Positions 51,558-62,987 are shown, numbered from the stretch's first letter. The stretch is DNA of 64,000 nucleotides from Obrimoposthia wandeli (GCA_977020255.1 CDROCS010000095.1:1-64000); one strand, 5' to 3'. The notes: generated from the letters alone by a model not told the origin. A program made the numbers and translations.

Positions 51558-53177
51558 CTATTGGCTTTGAAACTCAGCCAATGATTTCTCAAGCTTCACC
51601 CAATCAAAACTTTCAAAAGCAGAATCGGCCAAAGCGTCCAAACTTTTTTCACGTAACTCCTGATAATCAACCAGCTTAGTTTCTGCACCTGCCCAGCGTA
51701 AAATAGATTGCAGCGCGTCAGGAGTATCCATTAAACCGTGCCAATAGCTGGCTAAAATTTGTTGATCTTCTGAAAGAAGAGCGCAAATGTGATTGTCTTC
51801 AGTGGTGATGATCGACGTATTTTCAACCGAGTCCGATGACGCTAAGGTTAAGCCCGCATGAATTTCATAACCCTGAATATCGCAGCTTTCTTGATTCGGC
51901 AGTTTTAAGGTGCCCACTACGTTCTTTAATGTTTTCTCTGGCTGTAACTCAGTTTCAATATTCAGCCAACCAAAGCCTTCACTATTGCCGGGTAGACCTT
52001 CTAAACCTAGAGGATCATTTATGGCTTTACCCAACATCTGCAAACCGCCACAAATTCCAAGTACCTTGCCACCATAACGTAAATGCTGCTGCAAATAAGG
52101 TAACCAGCCTTGCTCTTTTAACCAGGCTAAATCAGCTCGCGTATTTTTTGAACCCGGTAAAATAACTAAATCAGCCTTGGGAATATGGGCGGCCTCTGTT
52201 ACTTGGTTACCTGAAATAGAAGGGCCGATTAATTCCAAATCTACTTGTGGATGGGCTGCGACCGGGTCCAAGTCGGTATGATTACTCACCCTAGGATAAA
52301 TCGGCACAACCACTTTTAACTTTTTCTGATTATTAGACTTTTCATCATCAGAGTCTTTGTCTTCTAAGGTCTCTGATAAGCTAACAGAATCTTCGCTATC
52401 CAAATGCAAGCCCATCAAATAAGGCATAACCGCTAATACAGGCTTACCCGTCTTTTCTTCGAGCCAATCTAAACCGGGCTGTAATAAACTCACATCACCA
52501 CGAAAACGGTTGACCACAAAGCCGACGACTCGGTTGCGCTCCGATTCTGACAAGCAATCCAGCGTGCCAACGATGTGCGCGAATACACCACCACGATCAA
52601 TATCGGCAACAATAATTACTGGGCAATCTACCGCCTCAGCAAACCCCATGTTCGCAATGTCACGATCACGCAAATTAATTTCAGCTGGGCTACCCGCACC
52701 TTCGGCAACGACCCAGTCATATTGCTGTCTTAATCTTTTGTGCGAGGCTAATACTGCTTTCATCGCCGTAGGTTTATAGTCGTGATATTGGCGAGCTTTC
52801 ATTTTGCCACCCTCTGCTTTGCCATCAGGGCTTAGGATCGGTTTACCGTTGATGATGACTTGGCAACCAATGTCAGACGTTGGTTTTAATAAAACCGGGT
52901 TGAAATCGGTGTGTGACTTTAATCCACAGGCTTGCGCTTGTAGGGCTTGAGCGCGGCCAATTTCGCCCCCATCTTCAGTAACGGCACTATTAAGCGCCAT
53001 GTTTTGCGACTTAAACGGAGCCACTGCAATTCCTTGGCGTTTGAATACTCTCCCCAATGCGCAGCAGAGTGTGCTTTTGCCTGCATCAGAGGTCGTGCCC
53101 TGAACCATTAACGTGAGCTGTTTGTTATTGTGAAGAAGGTGATCAAGTGCACGTTGTTGTTCAAGTTGTGGAAGCAT
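51558..53177 (-). CDS. cobQ: Cobyric acid synthase
   Basis: [51 protein letters not shown]. Confidence 0.97.
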   Translation of the reverse strand: MLPQLEQQRALDHLLHNNKQLTLMVQGTTSDAGKSTLCCALGRVFKRQGIAVAPFKSQNMALNSAVTEDGGEIGRAQALQAQACGLKSHTDFNPVLLKPTSDIGCQVIINGKPILSPDGKAEGGKMKARQYHDYKPTAMKAVLASHKRLRQQYDWVVAEGAGSPAEINLRDRDIANMGFAEAVDCPVIIVADIDRGGVFAHIVGTLDCLSESERNRVVGFVVNRFRGDVSLLQPGLDWLEEKTGKPVLAVMPYLMGLHLDSEDSVSLSETLEDKDSDDEKSNNQKKLKVVVPIYPRVSNHTDLDPVAAHPQVDLELIGPSISGNQVTEAAHIPKADLVILPGSKNTRADLAWLKEQGWLPYLQQHLRYGGKVLGICGGLQMLGKAINDPLGLEGLPGNSEGFGWLNIETELQPEKTLKNVVGTLKLPNQESCDIQGYEIHAGLTLASSDSVENTSIITTEDNHICALLSEDQQILASYWHGLMDTPDALQSILRWAGAETKLVDYQELREKSLDALADSAFESFDWVKLEKSLAEFQSQ

Positions 53178-53281
53178 AAAAAGGGTAAGCCTGTTAAAAT
53201 CAGCGGACTTGTTAATACACTTTGAAAAGTACTAACAAGTCGTTAAAAAATTCATGAAAACCTATTTTAAGAGATTTTATC

Positions 53282-54226
53282 TTGATCCTCAGCTTTTTTT
53301 CATTGTTATTGGCTTTAGCGTTAGATTATCGCTTTGCAGAGCCCAAAAAATACCATCCTTTAGTTGGGTTTGGACGCTATGTTGATTTTTTACAACAGAA
53401 ATTGAATAGCCCAGCGAGCCCAGCTGTCGACAGTCGAGCGCAATTTATTAATGGCGTATTGGCCTGCTTGCTGGCGGTGACTCCGATTATTGGTACGATT
53501 ATTATTGTTCAGCATTCCTTGCCAAGTATTATCAATATTTTCATCGATGCTGGCTTATTGTATTTGTGTATTGGCTGGTCGAGTTTGCAGCAGCATGCCC
53601 GCGCGGTTTTTATCGAGCTGAATATTAATCAACTCGACTTAGCGCGTACGAAACTGAGCTGGATCGTAAGTCGTGAAACTCAGCAATTAGACAGCACTCA
53701 AATTGCTCAAGCTTCAGTTGAAAGTGTATTGGAAAATAGCTCAGATGCATTATTTGCCACAATATTCTGGTTCATGGTTGCGGGTATTGAAGGCGCTGTT
53801 TTACACCGTTTAATCAATACACTGGATGCGATGTGGGGTTATAAAACACATCAATTTTTATACTTTGGACGTTTCTCAGCCTACTTTGATGATCTGCTAA
53901 ATTATATTCCTGCCCGATTAACGGCTTATGGCTTTGCATTTTGTGCAAGCTCCATTGAACAAGGAAAAAAGGCATTAATGTGCTGGCGAACACAAGCTAA
54001 GCAATGCTCTAGTCCAAACGGTGGTCCAGTAATGACAGCGGGTGCGGGGGCGTTAAATGTACGCTTAAGCGAAGGCGCTTTCTATCATGGTAAGTGGGAA
54101 GTAAAGCCTGTTATGGGCTGTGGTGAAGTTGCGCAAGCGCATACTATTATTGAATCATTAGAGCTGGTGCAGAAAACCTTATTCTTTTGGTTATTCAGTC
54201 TTGGAGGACTGGTTTTTGTCCTCTAA
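53282..54226 (+). CDS. cbiB: Adenosylcobinamide-phosphate synthase CbiB
   Basis: EP..YHPLVGFG, IVSRET, ESVLEN..D, NTLDAMWGY, SPNGG. Confidence 0.93.
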   Translation: MILSFFSLLLALALDYRFAEPKKYHPLVGFGRYVDFLQQKLNSPASPAVDSRAQFINGVLACLLAVTPIIGTIIIVQHSLPSIINIFIDAGLLYLCIGWSSLQQHARAVFIELNINQLDLARTKLSWIVSRETQQLDSTQIAQASVESVLENSSDALFATIFWFMVAGIEGAVLHRLINTLDAMWGYKTHQFLYFGRFSAYFDDLLNYIPARLTAYGFAFCASSIEQGKKALMCWRTQAKQCSSPNGGPVMTAGAGALNVRLSEGAFYHGKWEVKPVMGCGEVAQAHTIIESLELVQKTLFFWLFSLGGLVFVL

Positions 54227-55352
54227 TCAAACGACGTCTAACTCAGCAGCTTCCAAAACTTTCTTGCCCGTGCATGGCGGAGCACTCAACGCGGCGTCAG
54301 ATTTTTTTAATATTCCTCGCGAACAGTGGCTGGATATCAGTACGGGAATAAGCCCTGCCAGTTGGCCTATACCTGAAATTCCTACTCGGGTATGGCAGCG
54401 CTTACCTGAAACGCACAGTGATTCGGGTGAGAGTTTAGAAAATGCTGCTTTAGGATACTATTTAGATAAAAACCAAATAGCTGAACAGAAGCAGGGCGAA
54501 GTTCAGGTAACGGTAGCCAATATTTTATCGTGTGCAGGTTCGCAGCAAGGAATTCGTTTATTGCCTTTCTTGTATGCTGCCTATCAGCACGGGCGCAAAC
54601 ATGAAGCAAAGGTATGGGTGACATCGGGCAGTTATGCTGAGCATGGTATCGCTTGGGAAGAACAAGGGCACAGAGTCTGTAAGGTCGCTTGCGATAAAAT
54701 TTCCGATCTATTAACTCAGCAGCCTGTGGATGTACTTATTTTATTAAATCCAGACAATCCTAGCGGTCATCGTTGGAGTTCTGAGCAACTACTAAAATGG
54801 TGGTCTATTTTGCACCGTCGCGGTGGTTGGTTAATCGTTGATGAAGCCTTTATGGATACGACACCTGAGCACAGTATTGTGGGCAGTGCCGAGCGCGAGG
54901 GCTTATTTGTCTTGCGTTCATTGGGGAAGTTTTTTGGCCTTGCTGGCTTGCGCTTAGGTTTTATGCTCGCGGCAAAAAAGAACATTCAGCGCATGCAAAA
55001 AATGCTTGGTCCTTGGATTATTAGTCATCCTGCACAATACTTGGGGACATTAGCCCTGCAGGATCAGGCTTGGATTAATCAGCAGCGTTATGATCTAGCC
55101 CAGCAATCTTTGCGCTTAGCCTCTTTGCTTGAGCAGCACAGTCGTTGCCAGTGTGACGGTACAGATTTGTTTCAGACGTTGTACCATGAAAAGTCGGAAA
55201 ATTTATTCAATCAGTTAGCGCAGCAAGGTATTTTAGTGCGTTATTTGCCGGAAACATCAAAAACTTTGGCGGGTTTACGTTTTGGTTTGCCTGGGAATAA
55301 TGAAGAGCACTGGCAGCGTTTAGATGAGGCTTTAGGTCAGCTAAAGTTTTAA
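54216..55352 (+). CDS. cobD: L-threonine-O-3-phosphate decarboxylase (PLP-dependent)
   Basis: HGG..DISTGISP, NPDNPSG, VDEAFMD, RSLGKFFGLAGLRLG; TTG start 8 nt after SD GGAGG. Confidence 0.9.
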   Translation: MSSNQTTSNSAASKTFLPVHGGALNAASDFFNIPREQWLDISTGISPASWPIPEIPTRVWQRLPETHSDSGESLENAALGYYLDKNQIAEQKQGEVQVTVANILSCAGSQQGIRLLPFLYAAYQHGRKHEAKVWVTSGSYAEHGIAWEEQGHRVCKVACDKISDLLTQQPVDVLILLNPDNPSGHRWSSEQLLKWWSILHRRGGWLIVDEAFMDTTPEHSIVGSAEREGLFVLRSLGKFFGLAGLRLGFMLAAKKNIQRMQKMLGPWIISHPAQYLGTLALQDQAWINQQRYDLAQQSLRLASLLEQHSRCQCDGTDLFQTLYHEKSENLFNQLAQQGILVRYLPETSKTLAGLRFGLPGNNEEHWQRLDEALGQLKF

Positions 55353-55410
55353 AGTTTATTCTCGATTTCTCTTTAACTGAATTTTTATATTATTAAATAA
55401 TTGGATTATT

Positions 55411-56301
55411 ATGTTTCGTATTTTCTCACTTATCGCAGGGATTGTGTTCTCGATTAATTCACTGGCTTTAACGTTACCTGCAAATTCAAAAATCAAAGTG
55501 ACAGATGATGATGGGATTGAACATACCTTCGACCAGCCAGTAAAACGCATTGTTAGTTTGATGCCCCACGCGACGGAATTATTGTTTGAGGTAGGAGCTG
55601 GTGATCACATTGTTGGCGCTGTGCAATACTCCGATTACCCTGAAGCAGCCAAAAAAATCCCTCGTGTTGGTGGCTACAGCGCATTAAATATTGAAGCCAT
55701 TGTTGCCTTGGAACCTGACCTGTTGATTGCTTGGCCAGAAGGCAATCGTAATCGTGAGCTTGATCGTTTAAAAGCGTTAGGGTTACCTATTTTAGTCTCA
55801 GACCCGCGCGAGTTTAAGGATATTGCCAATGCCTTGTCTATTTACGGAAAAATTACCGGTAACGATCATCAAGCTGCTATCGCCTTGGCCGCATTTAATA
55901 AAAAATTAACCTACTTGCGTAATACCTACAGTCAACAAGAAAAAGTCAGCGTTTTTTATCAGGTATGGAATGCGCCTTTAATGACGCAAAACGGCAATAC
56001 TTTTATCAGTCGCGCAATTGAATTGTGCGGCGGTAATAATATTTTTTCTGACTTGCCGATGACCAATCCTCAGGTCAGTATTGAATCTATTTTAGTTCAA
56101 GACCCTCAGGTGATTGTTGCGAGCGGAATGGGGCAAGCTCGCCCTGAGTGGCTAGATGATTGGCGCCAATATAAGACCTTGCAGGCTGTGCAAAAAGATA
56201 ACCTATTTCATATATTGCCTGAACTTTTTCAGCGACCGACTTCCCGCTTTTTAATTGGCACGGAACAACTATGCCAAGCAATGGAGAAAGCTCGTCATTA
56301 A
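55411..56301 (+). CDS. btuF: Cobalamin-binding periplasmic protein BtuF-like
   Basis: Signal peptide, RIVSLMPHATELLF, SDYPEAAKKIPRVG, QRP..R. Confidence 0.85.
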   Translation: MFRIFSLIAGIVFSINSLALTLPANSKIKVTDDDGIEHTFDQPVKRIVSLMPHATELLFEVGAGDHIVGAVQYSDYPEAAKKIPRVGGYSALNIEAIVALEPDLLIAWPEGNRNRELDRLKALGLPILVSDPREFKDIANALSIYGKITGNDHQAAIALAAFNKKLTYLRNTYSQQEKVSVFYQVWNAPLMTQNGNTFISRAIELCGGNNIFSDLPMTNPQVSIESILVQDPQVIVASGMGQARPEWLDDWRQYKTLQAVQKDNLFHILPELFQRPTSRFLIGTEQLCQAMEKARH

Positions 56302-56494
56302 TGAATAAGTGTTATCCATTCATGCAGCTATTTATGCGTCGATACAGAATAGCTACTGCATTGATCGAAATGTATCAAATTAGGACACTTTAGCTAAAAC
56401 CTGTCCCTTTGGTCAGAATTGATTTGTTTCTCTTTTGATTCTTTAACTATACTGAATTACAGCTATGCATAATTCTATTAGGAATAAGGATTTT

Positions 56495-59188
56495 ATGGAC
56501 GACTATCAAGAGACTCAAGACAACGATCCGATTGAAACCAAAGAATGGGTGGATGCAATTCATTCTGTTATTCGAGCTGAAGGTCTTGAACGTGCACATT
56601 TTTTAATCGAGCGGATTGCTGAGCGTGCAACGCGCAATGGCTCGCCATTGCCTTACGCAATGACAACCCCTTACCGAAATACCATTCCCCCAGAAGCAGA
56701 AGCGCCTTTACCTGGCGATTTATTTATTGAACGACGTATTAGATCGTTAATTCGCTGGAATGCCCTCGCGATGGTGAGTCGTGCCAATGCTGCTGATGCC
56801 GGTGATTTAGGTGGGCACATTTCCAGTTTTGCTTCCAGTGCCACACTTTATGATGTGGGCTTTAACCACTTTTTCCGCGCACCGAATCCAAACAGTGAAG
56901 AGTCACCGCTGGGGGATTTAATTTATTATCAAGGTCATGTTGCTCCTGGTATTTATGCTCGTTCTTATTTAGAAGGGCGGTTTGATGAAAAAGACTTAGA
57001 GTCGTATCGTCGAGAAGCGTTAAAGCCAGGTTTATCCTCTTATCCACACCCTAAATTGATGCCAAATTATTGGCAATTTCCGACTGTTTCAATGGGCTTA
57101 GGTCCTTTGCAAGCGATCTATCAGGCGCACTTTATGCGCTATATGTCTGCGCGTGAATTAGTACCGCGCAAAGATCGTAAAGTTTGGGCGTTCCTTGGGG
57201 ATGGCGAGTGTGATGAGCCAGAAAGCTTAGGCGCTATTTCCTTAGCGGGTCGTGAGAAATTAGAAAATTTAATCTTCGTCGTGAACTGCAACTTGCAACG
57301 TCTTGATGGCCCAGTGCGCGGTAATGGGAAAATTATTCAAGAGTTAGAAAGCTCTTTCCGCGGTGCCGGTTGGAATGTTATTAAAGTCGTTTGGGGCCGG
57401 TTCTGGGATCCGCTATTAGCGAAAGATCGTAAAGGCTATTTGCAAAAACGCATGGATGAAACCGTTGATGGCGAATTTCAAAACTATAAAGCCAAAGGCG
57501 GAAAATATACACGTGAGCATTTCTTTAATAAGTATCCTGAGTTAAAAGAACTGATTAAAGATATGAGCGATGAAGATATCTTTAATCTAAATCGCGGTGG
57601 TCATGATCCTTATAAAGTCTTTGCGGCTTATCAACAAGCGATGAATCATAAGGGCCAGCCTACCGTTATTCTTGCTCATACGGTTAAAGGTTATGGCATG
57701 GGGCCAGAAGCTGAGGCGCAAAACCCAGCGCATTCGGTTAAGAAGCTTGATTTTGATAGTTTGAAAGCCTTTAGAGATCGCTTTGATGTTCCTATTCGTG
57801 ATGAAGACTTAGAGAAGTTGCCGTTTTATCGCCCATCAGAAGATAGTCCAGAAATGATCTATCTTAGAAAGCAGCGTGAAAAATTAGGCGGCTACATGCC
57901 TGTGCGCACCGAAACCTGGCAAGCATTGAAAGCACCAGAACTGTCTAGCTTTAAAAGCCAGCTTGATGGCAGTGGTGAGCGTGAAATTTCATCGACAATG
58001 GCGTTTGTTCGAATCTTATCTCAAATAATAAAAGATAAGTCTTTAGGTGAACGAATTGTGCCGATAGTGCCGGATGAAGCGCGTACTTTTGGTATGGAAG
58101 GTATGTTTCGTCAACTGGGTATTTATTCTTCTGAAGGTCAGCTTTACAACCCAGTGGATTCTGGCCAGATGATGTATTACCGCGAAGATAAAAAAGGCCG
58201 CATTCTAGAAGAAGGTATTAACGAAGCGGGTGCATTTGCAGCTTGGATGGCGGCGGCAACGTCTTACAGCACCAATAGTTTAGCCATGGTTCCGGTTTAT
58301 GTTTTTTACTCTATGTTTGGTTTCCAGCGTATAGGTGATCTAGCGTGGGCAGCAGGGGATATGCAAGCGCAGGGTTTTTTAATTGGTGCAACGTCAGGCC
58401 GTACAACCTTAAACGGTGAAGGTTTACAGCACCAAGATGGCCATAGCCATATCTTAGCGTCCAGTATTCCTAATTGCGTCAGTTACGACCCGACTTATGG
58501 TTATGAGCTTGCGGTGATTATGCAAGACGGATTACACCGTATGTACGAGAAGAAAGAAAAAGTCTTTTATTACATCACCACCATGAACGAAAATTATACG
58601 CATCCTGCGATGCCAGAAGGTGCAGAAGAAGGTATTCGTCGTGGCATGTATTCATTGAAAACAGTCGGTGAGGCAGCAAAAGATAATAAAAACTGTATTC
58701 AGCTGTTAGGCAGTGGTGCGATTTTATTACAAGTAGAAAAAGCCGCAGATTGGCTAGCAGAAAAAGGTATTTGTTCCCAGGTATGGAGTGTAACTTCTTT
58801 TAATGAACTTCGTCGTGATGGCCTTGGCTGTGAGCGCCAAGATTATTTGTCGGCGGGTGAAACGATTGAAGAGCCTTATGTTAAACGCCAATTGAAAAAT
58901 ACAGCGGGGCCTATTATTGCCGCAACCGATTATATAAAAACCTACGCCGATCAAATTCGCCCTTATATTCCAGAAAATCGTGAATATAAAGTACTGGGTA
59001 CTGATGGTTTTGGTCGTAGTGATACCCGTGAAAACTTACGATATTTCTTCGAGGTAGATTGGCAACATGTTGCTTGGGCGGCTTTATACGAACTCAAGAA
59101 GCAAGGAACAATTTCTGTTGAAACATTAAATAAAGCGCGAGAAGAGCTGGGTATTAATCCTGCGAAACTTGATCCGCTATACAGCTAA
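56495..59188 (+). CDS. aceE: Pyruvate dehydrogenase E1 component
   Basis: DNDPIETKEW, GGHISSFAS, QFPTVSMGLGP, GDGE, NCNLQRLDGPV, GEGLQHQDG. Confidence 0.98.
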   Translation: MDDYQETQDNDPIETKEWVDAIHSVIRAEGLERAHFLIERIAERATRNGSPLPYAMTTPYRNTIPPEAEAPLPGDLFIERRIRSLIRWNALAMVSRANAADAGDLGGHISSFASSATLYDVGFNHFFRAPNPNSEESPLGDLIYYQGHVAPGIYARSYLEGRFDEKDLESYRREALKPGLSSYPHPKLMPNYWQFPTVSMGLGPLQAIYQAHFMRYMSARELVPRKDRKVWAFLGDGECDEPESLGAISLAGREKLENLIFVVNCNLQRLDGPVRGNGKIIQELESSFRGAGWNVIKVVWGRFWDPLLAKDRKGYLQKRMDETVDGEFQNYKAKGGKYTREHFFNKYPELKELIKDMSDEDIFNLNRGGHDPYKVFAAYQQAMNHKGQPTVILAHTVKGYGMGPEAEAQNPAHSVKKLDFDSLKAFRDRFDVPIRDEDLEKLPFYRPSEDSPEMIYLRKQREKLGGYMPVRTETWQALKAPELSSFKSQLDGSGEREISSTMAFVRILSQIIKDKSLGERIVPIVPDEARTFGMEGMFRQLGIYSSEGQLYNPVDSGQMMYYREDKKGRILEEGINEAGAFAAWMAAATSYSTNSLAMVPVYVFYSMFGFQRIGDLAWAAGDMQAQGFLIGATSGRTTLNGEGLQHQDGHSHILASSIPNCVSYDPTYGYELAVIMQDGLHRMYEKKEKVFYYITTMNENYTHPAMPEGAEEGIRRGMYSLKTVGEAAKDNKNCIQLLGSGAILLQVEKAADWLAEKGICSQVWSVTSFNELRRDGLGCERQDYLSAGETIEEPYVKRQLKNTAGPIIAATDYIKTYADQIRPYIPENREYKVLGTDGFGRSDTRENLRYFFEVDWQHVAWAALYELKKQGTISVETLNKAREELGINPAKLDPLYS

Positions 59189-59212
59189 TAAACTAAATTA
59201 GGAATTAATGGT

Positions 59213-60874
59213 ATGACGATTGAATCATTAACAGTCCCTGATTTAGGTGGGGCTGAGCAAGTAGAAATAATTGAAATCTTGGTTGCGTCTGGCGATCAAG
59301 TTGCTACTGAAGATAGCATGATTGTTTTGGAAACAGATAAGGCAACGATGGAAATTCCATCACCACTTGATGGCACAATTGTGTCTTTATCCTTGAAGGT
59401 GGGTGACAAGTTAAGTGAAGGGGATAAATACGGTGAAATTGAAACCGCTGCCTCAAATTCGACTGCCGTTGGGAGTAGTGATTTATCGATACAGGCAGAA
59501 GATATTAAGCCAGAAGCAGTAAAGGAAGAAGTTGTAAAGCAAGAAGAAGCAGAACCCGCTGCGGAAGCAGTTACGTCGGGTACTCGTCGTATAGAAACTG
59601 TTTTAGTGCCAGATTTGGGTGGTTCGGATCAGGTAGAAGTGATTGAGCTGTTGGTGAAGGTCGGTGAAGAAGTCGAGGCAGAGCAATCAGTCTTAACGTT
59701 AGAAACTGATAAAGCCTCGATGGAAATTCCTGCTGGAAAAGCAGGAAGAATAGAAAAAATATTGCTAACCCTTGGGGATAAAGTCTCCGTAGGAGATGCC
59801 ATGATTGAGTTAATGGTATCTGAATCTTCTGCTGACTCTGCTCCTGAAGGCTCAGAGAAGGCTGCATTGGTTAGTGATAATAAATTGGTTAGTGATAATA
59901 AATTGGAGAGTAATAATAGCGCGGTCGCACACAATAGCAGCATGATGAAAGCTACTGCCCCCGCTGCTGATATAAAACCTTCTGGTAAAGTGCATGCGGG
60001 TCCTGCTGTTAGAAAACTGGCGAGAGAATTTGGTGTTGATCTTTCTTTAGTTAAAGGAACAGGGGTTCGTGGTCGAGTAACAAAAGACGATGTTCAGAAT
60101 CACGTTAAGTCGGCCTTACAAAATCCAACCGTTGCGGGTTCGGGTATTCCAAAAGTAGCACAAATTGATTTCAGTAAATTTGGTGAGATTGAGACTTCAG
60201 CACTGAATAAAATCAAGCTGGCGACGGCAAAAAATATGACCGCTGCTTGGCTGAATGTGCCGCAGGTGACTCAATTTGATCAGGTGGATATAACTGAACT
60301 TGAAGCCTTTAGAAAGCAGGTAAATAGCACACCTAATATTGAACAGAAGTTATCGGCAGTGCCTTTTGTTATGAAAGCACTGGCGATGGCGATGAAAGAA
60401 TTCCCGCAATTTAATGCGTCACTATCACCTGACGGCCAGTCATTAATTTATAAAAAATATCTTAATATTGGCGTCGCAGTTGATACTCCCAATGGATTGT
60501 TAGTGCCAGTAATTCGTGATGTAGATAAAAAAAGCATTACAGAAATAGCACAAGATCTAACCGATAAAGCACAGAAAGCACGCGCAGGTAAGCTAGGATT
60601 AGCGGATATGCAAGGTGGCTGTCTCAGTGTTTCCAGTTTAGGTGGTATCGGTGGAACAGCATTTACGCCTATCGTTAATGCTCCAGAAGTCGCTATTTTA
60701 GGCTTATCTCGCGCAGAAATGAAACCCGTGTGGAATGGTAGCGAATTTGTGCCTAAGCTTATGTTACCACTGTCGCTTTCTTACGATCATCGAGTTATTG
60801 ATGGCGCAGAAGCCGCACGCTTTAGTCAACGTTTGACTGTGCTGCTAGGAGATATTAGACACTTAATATTGTAG
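59213..60874 (+). CDS. aceF: Dihydrolipoamide acetyltransferase E2 (two lipoyl domains)
   Basis: ETDKATMEIP and ETDKASMEIP lipoyl motifs, HAGPAVRKLAREFGVDL, YDHRVIDGA. Confidence 0.97.
   Translation: MTIESLTVPDLGGAEQVEIIEILVASGDQVATEDSMIVLETDKATMEIPSPLDGTIVSLSLKVGDKLSEGDKYGEIETAASNSTAVGSSDLSIQAEDIKPEAVKEEVVKQEEAEPAAEAVTSGTRRIETVLVPDLGGSDQVEVIELLVKVGEEVEAEQSVLTLETDKASMEIPAGKAGRIEKILLTLGDKVSVGDAMIELMVSESSADSAPEGSEKAALVSDNKLVSDNKLESNNSAVAHNSSMMKATAPAADIKPSGKVHAGPAVRKLAREFGVDLSLVKGTGVRGRVTKDDVQNHVKSALQNPTVAGSGIPKVAQIDFSKFGEIETSALNKIKLATAKNMTAAWLNVPQVTQFDQVDITELEAFRKQVNSTPNIEQKLSAVPFVMKALAMAMKEFPQFNASLSPDGQSLIYKKYLNIGVAVDTPNGLLVPVIRDVDKKSITEIAQDLTDKAQKARAGKLGLADMQGGCLSVSSLGGIGGTAFTPIVNAPEVAILGLSRAEMKPVWNGSEFVPKLMLPLSLSYDHRVIDGAEAARFSQRLTVLLGDIRHLIL
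59867..59920 (+). repeat. In-frame tandem repeat, 2 exact + 1 degenerate x 18 bp (LVSDNK)
   Basis: ttggttagtgataataaa x2 then ttggagagtaataatagc, in the E2 linker. Confidence 0.85.
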
Positions 60875-60968
60875 ATGTTTGAAAATATGGATATCTAAGA
60901 TTTACTCTTTAAGGGGGTGATAAAATAGGTATGTTGAATAATGAGCATAATAGAGAAGTGAGGGCGTT

Positions 60969-62987
60969 ATGCTAAAAACAATTTTGTGGCCTGCTATTCG
61001 TTTAATGGGGCGGTTGAGCTATGCCGCTAAGTTTGGACTAATTAGCTTTTTATTCATGGTGCCTTTGGTCTTTTTAAGTGGCCAAGTATTTTACGCCTCT
61101 TACCAGAGCCTACAAAAAACTGAGAGTGAGTTGGTTGCTGTACACAATATTCGAGACATTATGAGTGTTGTGTATGCGCTTGAAGATTATCGTAATTATG
61201 CCGCGCCAGTAATTTTTCAGAAAGATTCAACACTTAATAGTCGTATGCTTGATTATCGCACCAGTGTCGATGACAAGTTTAACAAAACTATTAAGGCCAT
61301 CGATAATGATGATCTAAGAGATCAACTAACTGCTTTTAAGAAAAATAATTTCAGTAAGCTAAGTATCGATGGTGATTCACGCATGCCAACCTTGACTGAT
61401 CAATTTAAATTTTATCAGCAAGTAATTGATGAGCTTTATCTTGTTGTCAATAAATACGCACAGAGCACGGGGCTAGCACTGGATTCAGATCCAGAGATTC
61501 AGCAGCTGTTGATAATTTCTCTCGCCAACTCGCCCGTAATACGTAATGCGGCAGGTCTTGGTTTGACTGCCGGCATTTACGCGATGATTGAAAAATATCT
61601 TCAATCCATGACTTATGATTTATTAAATGATGTGTTTGACAGCATGTCTGCGGTTGAACCAGACATACAGCTAATAATCAGTAGTCTAGAGGCGCTAGGT
61701 TTAGAGGCGATTGCTGAGCAAGCTCAAAAATCAGGTAAGGGCATGCTTGCGATCCAAACTACTCTCGATGAAGAGGTTATTGCGGCGACGAGTGTGACCA
61801 TGAATTGGATTGATTTCGAAGCAACTGCTCAACCTAAGATACAGACATTGCGTGATCTTGATGGCATGGTACTTCCTTTAATTGGAATAAAACTACAAGC
61901 TCGCTTAGATGATCAAAGCTCGCATATGTTATTGACCGCTTCAGTATTATTGACGGTGATGACGATTATTATTTATCTTTATTCTGCTTTCTTCTTATCC
62001 GTTCAATACTCCATTGCTCGTTTCTTTTCTGCTGCACAGAAAATTGCTCAAGGGGATTTAACTCAGGTAATAAACTTTGCGGGTCAAGATGAAATGGGGC
62101 AATTAAGAGATGCTTTTAATGAAATGACATCAGAGGTTCGAGGGATTCTTTCAACGGTTAAAGATACCGCTGAGAATGTGGGTAAAAAGGTTGCTGATGT
62201 AGAGACTATCGCGAATAACAGCCGTAAATCGGTGAGTACTCAAATGGCAGAAACTGAAGAGGTTGCCAATACCATTATCAACATGTCTGAACGAGCCAGT
62301 ACAGTAATGACCATGGCTGGAGAAGCCGAGCAAGCAGCCTTGTCGGGAGCCGATCGCTCTACTCAAGCAGGTAAAGTTGTGCTTAATGTTATTACCGATG
62401 TTGAGCAGTTATCAGAAGAAATGAGTAACTCAATGGAAGCAGTTAACCGTTTAGCGGATAACTCTAATAACATCAGTTCTATCTTAGGCACGATTAAAGG
62501 CATTGCTGAACAAACTAACTTGTTGGCCTTGAATGCGGCGATTGAAGCAGCACGAGCGGGTGAGCAAGGTCGTGGTTTTGCAGTGGTTGCTGATGAAGTG
62601 AGAACGTTGGCTAGTCGAACCCAAGGTTCTGCCGCAGAAATTGAAGGCCTTATTAAAGAGGTGCAACAAAATATTCAGCGTGCTGTCGAGACCATGGAAA
62701 TTAATCGCACTATGGTTAATAAAACGGTGGATAGTTCAGGTCAGGTGGGTGATGCCTTGGAAAGTATTAAAGGCAGCATGCAAGAAATTCAAAGAAAAAC
62801 ATTAGAAATCGTTTCCACCGCCAGCAGCCAGCAAGAAGCGGCTAAAGCCTTGAATAATAATCTATCGGCTATTCGAGTACATGGTGAAGAAACAGTTCAT
62901 AATGTAGAAGGAACGTTAGATGCTGTGCGTCAGACCCAGTCGTTGACTGAGTCTTTAACACAGCGAGTTGAACGCTTTAAAGTTTAG
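60969..62987 (+). CDS. Methyl-accepting chemotaxis protein
   Basis: Two TMs, HAMP (GDLT..DEMGQL), signalling core [34 protein letters not shown]. Confidence 0.97.
   Translation: MLKTILWPAIRLMGRLSYAAKFGLISFLFMVPLVFLSGQVFYASYQSLQKTESELVAVHNIRDIMSVVYALEDYRNYAAPVIFQKDSTLNSRMLDYRTSVDDKFNKTIKAIDNDDLRDQLTAFKKNNFSKLSIDGDSRMPTLTDQFKFYQQVIDELYLVVNKYAQSTGLALDSDPEIQQLLIISLANSPVIRNAAGLGLTAGIYAMIEKYLQSMTYDLLNDVFDSMSAVEPDIQLIISSLEALGLEAIAEQAQKSGKGMLAIQTTLDEEVIAATSVTMNWIDFEATAQPKIQTLRDLDGMVLPLIGIKLQARLDDQSSHMLLTASVLLTVMTIIIYLYSAFFLSVQYSIARFFSAAQKIAQGDLTQVINFAGQDEMGQLRDAFNEMTSEVRGILSTVKDTAENVGKKVADVETIANNSRKSVSTQMAETEEVANTIINMSERASTVMTMAGEAEQAALSGADRSTQAGKVVLNVITDVEQLSEEMSNSMEAVNRLADNSNNISSILGTIKGIAEQTNLLALNAAIEAARAGEQGRGFAVVADEVRTLASRTQGSAAEIEGLIKEVQQNIQRAVETMEINRTMVNKTVDSSGQVGDALESIKGSMQEIQRKTLEIVSTASSQQEAAKALNNNLSAIRVHGEETVHNVEGTLDAVRQTQSLTESLTQRVERFKV

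Noticed and set aside
48117-55411. Cobalamin riboswitch upstream of cob units
   Set aside because: The spacers are short and lack B12-box motifs; one may exist upstream of the BtuB-like gene outside the window
51482-56360. Two large intergenic hairpins (51482-51540 and about 56320-56360) sharing GCGTCGAT in the loop region
   Set aside because: Only an 8-mer in common and the stems are unrelated; more simply terminator-like structures than a repeat family
56370-56440. PdhR or other regulator box upstream of aceE
   Set aside because: Only half-site matches; not supportable
59213-60968. Missing lpdA after aceF
   Set aside because: aceE-aceF without a linked lpd is normal in Pseudomonadales/Oceanospirillales-type genomes
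858-62669. Many 60-150 aa ORFs antisense to or overlapping housekeeping genes (e.g. 9088-9546, 41320-41733, 44012-44398, 51836-52165)
   Set aside because: They lie wholly within well-supported genes on another frame or strand, with no motifs or RBS; these are shadow ORFs
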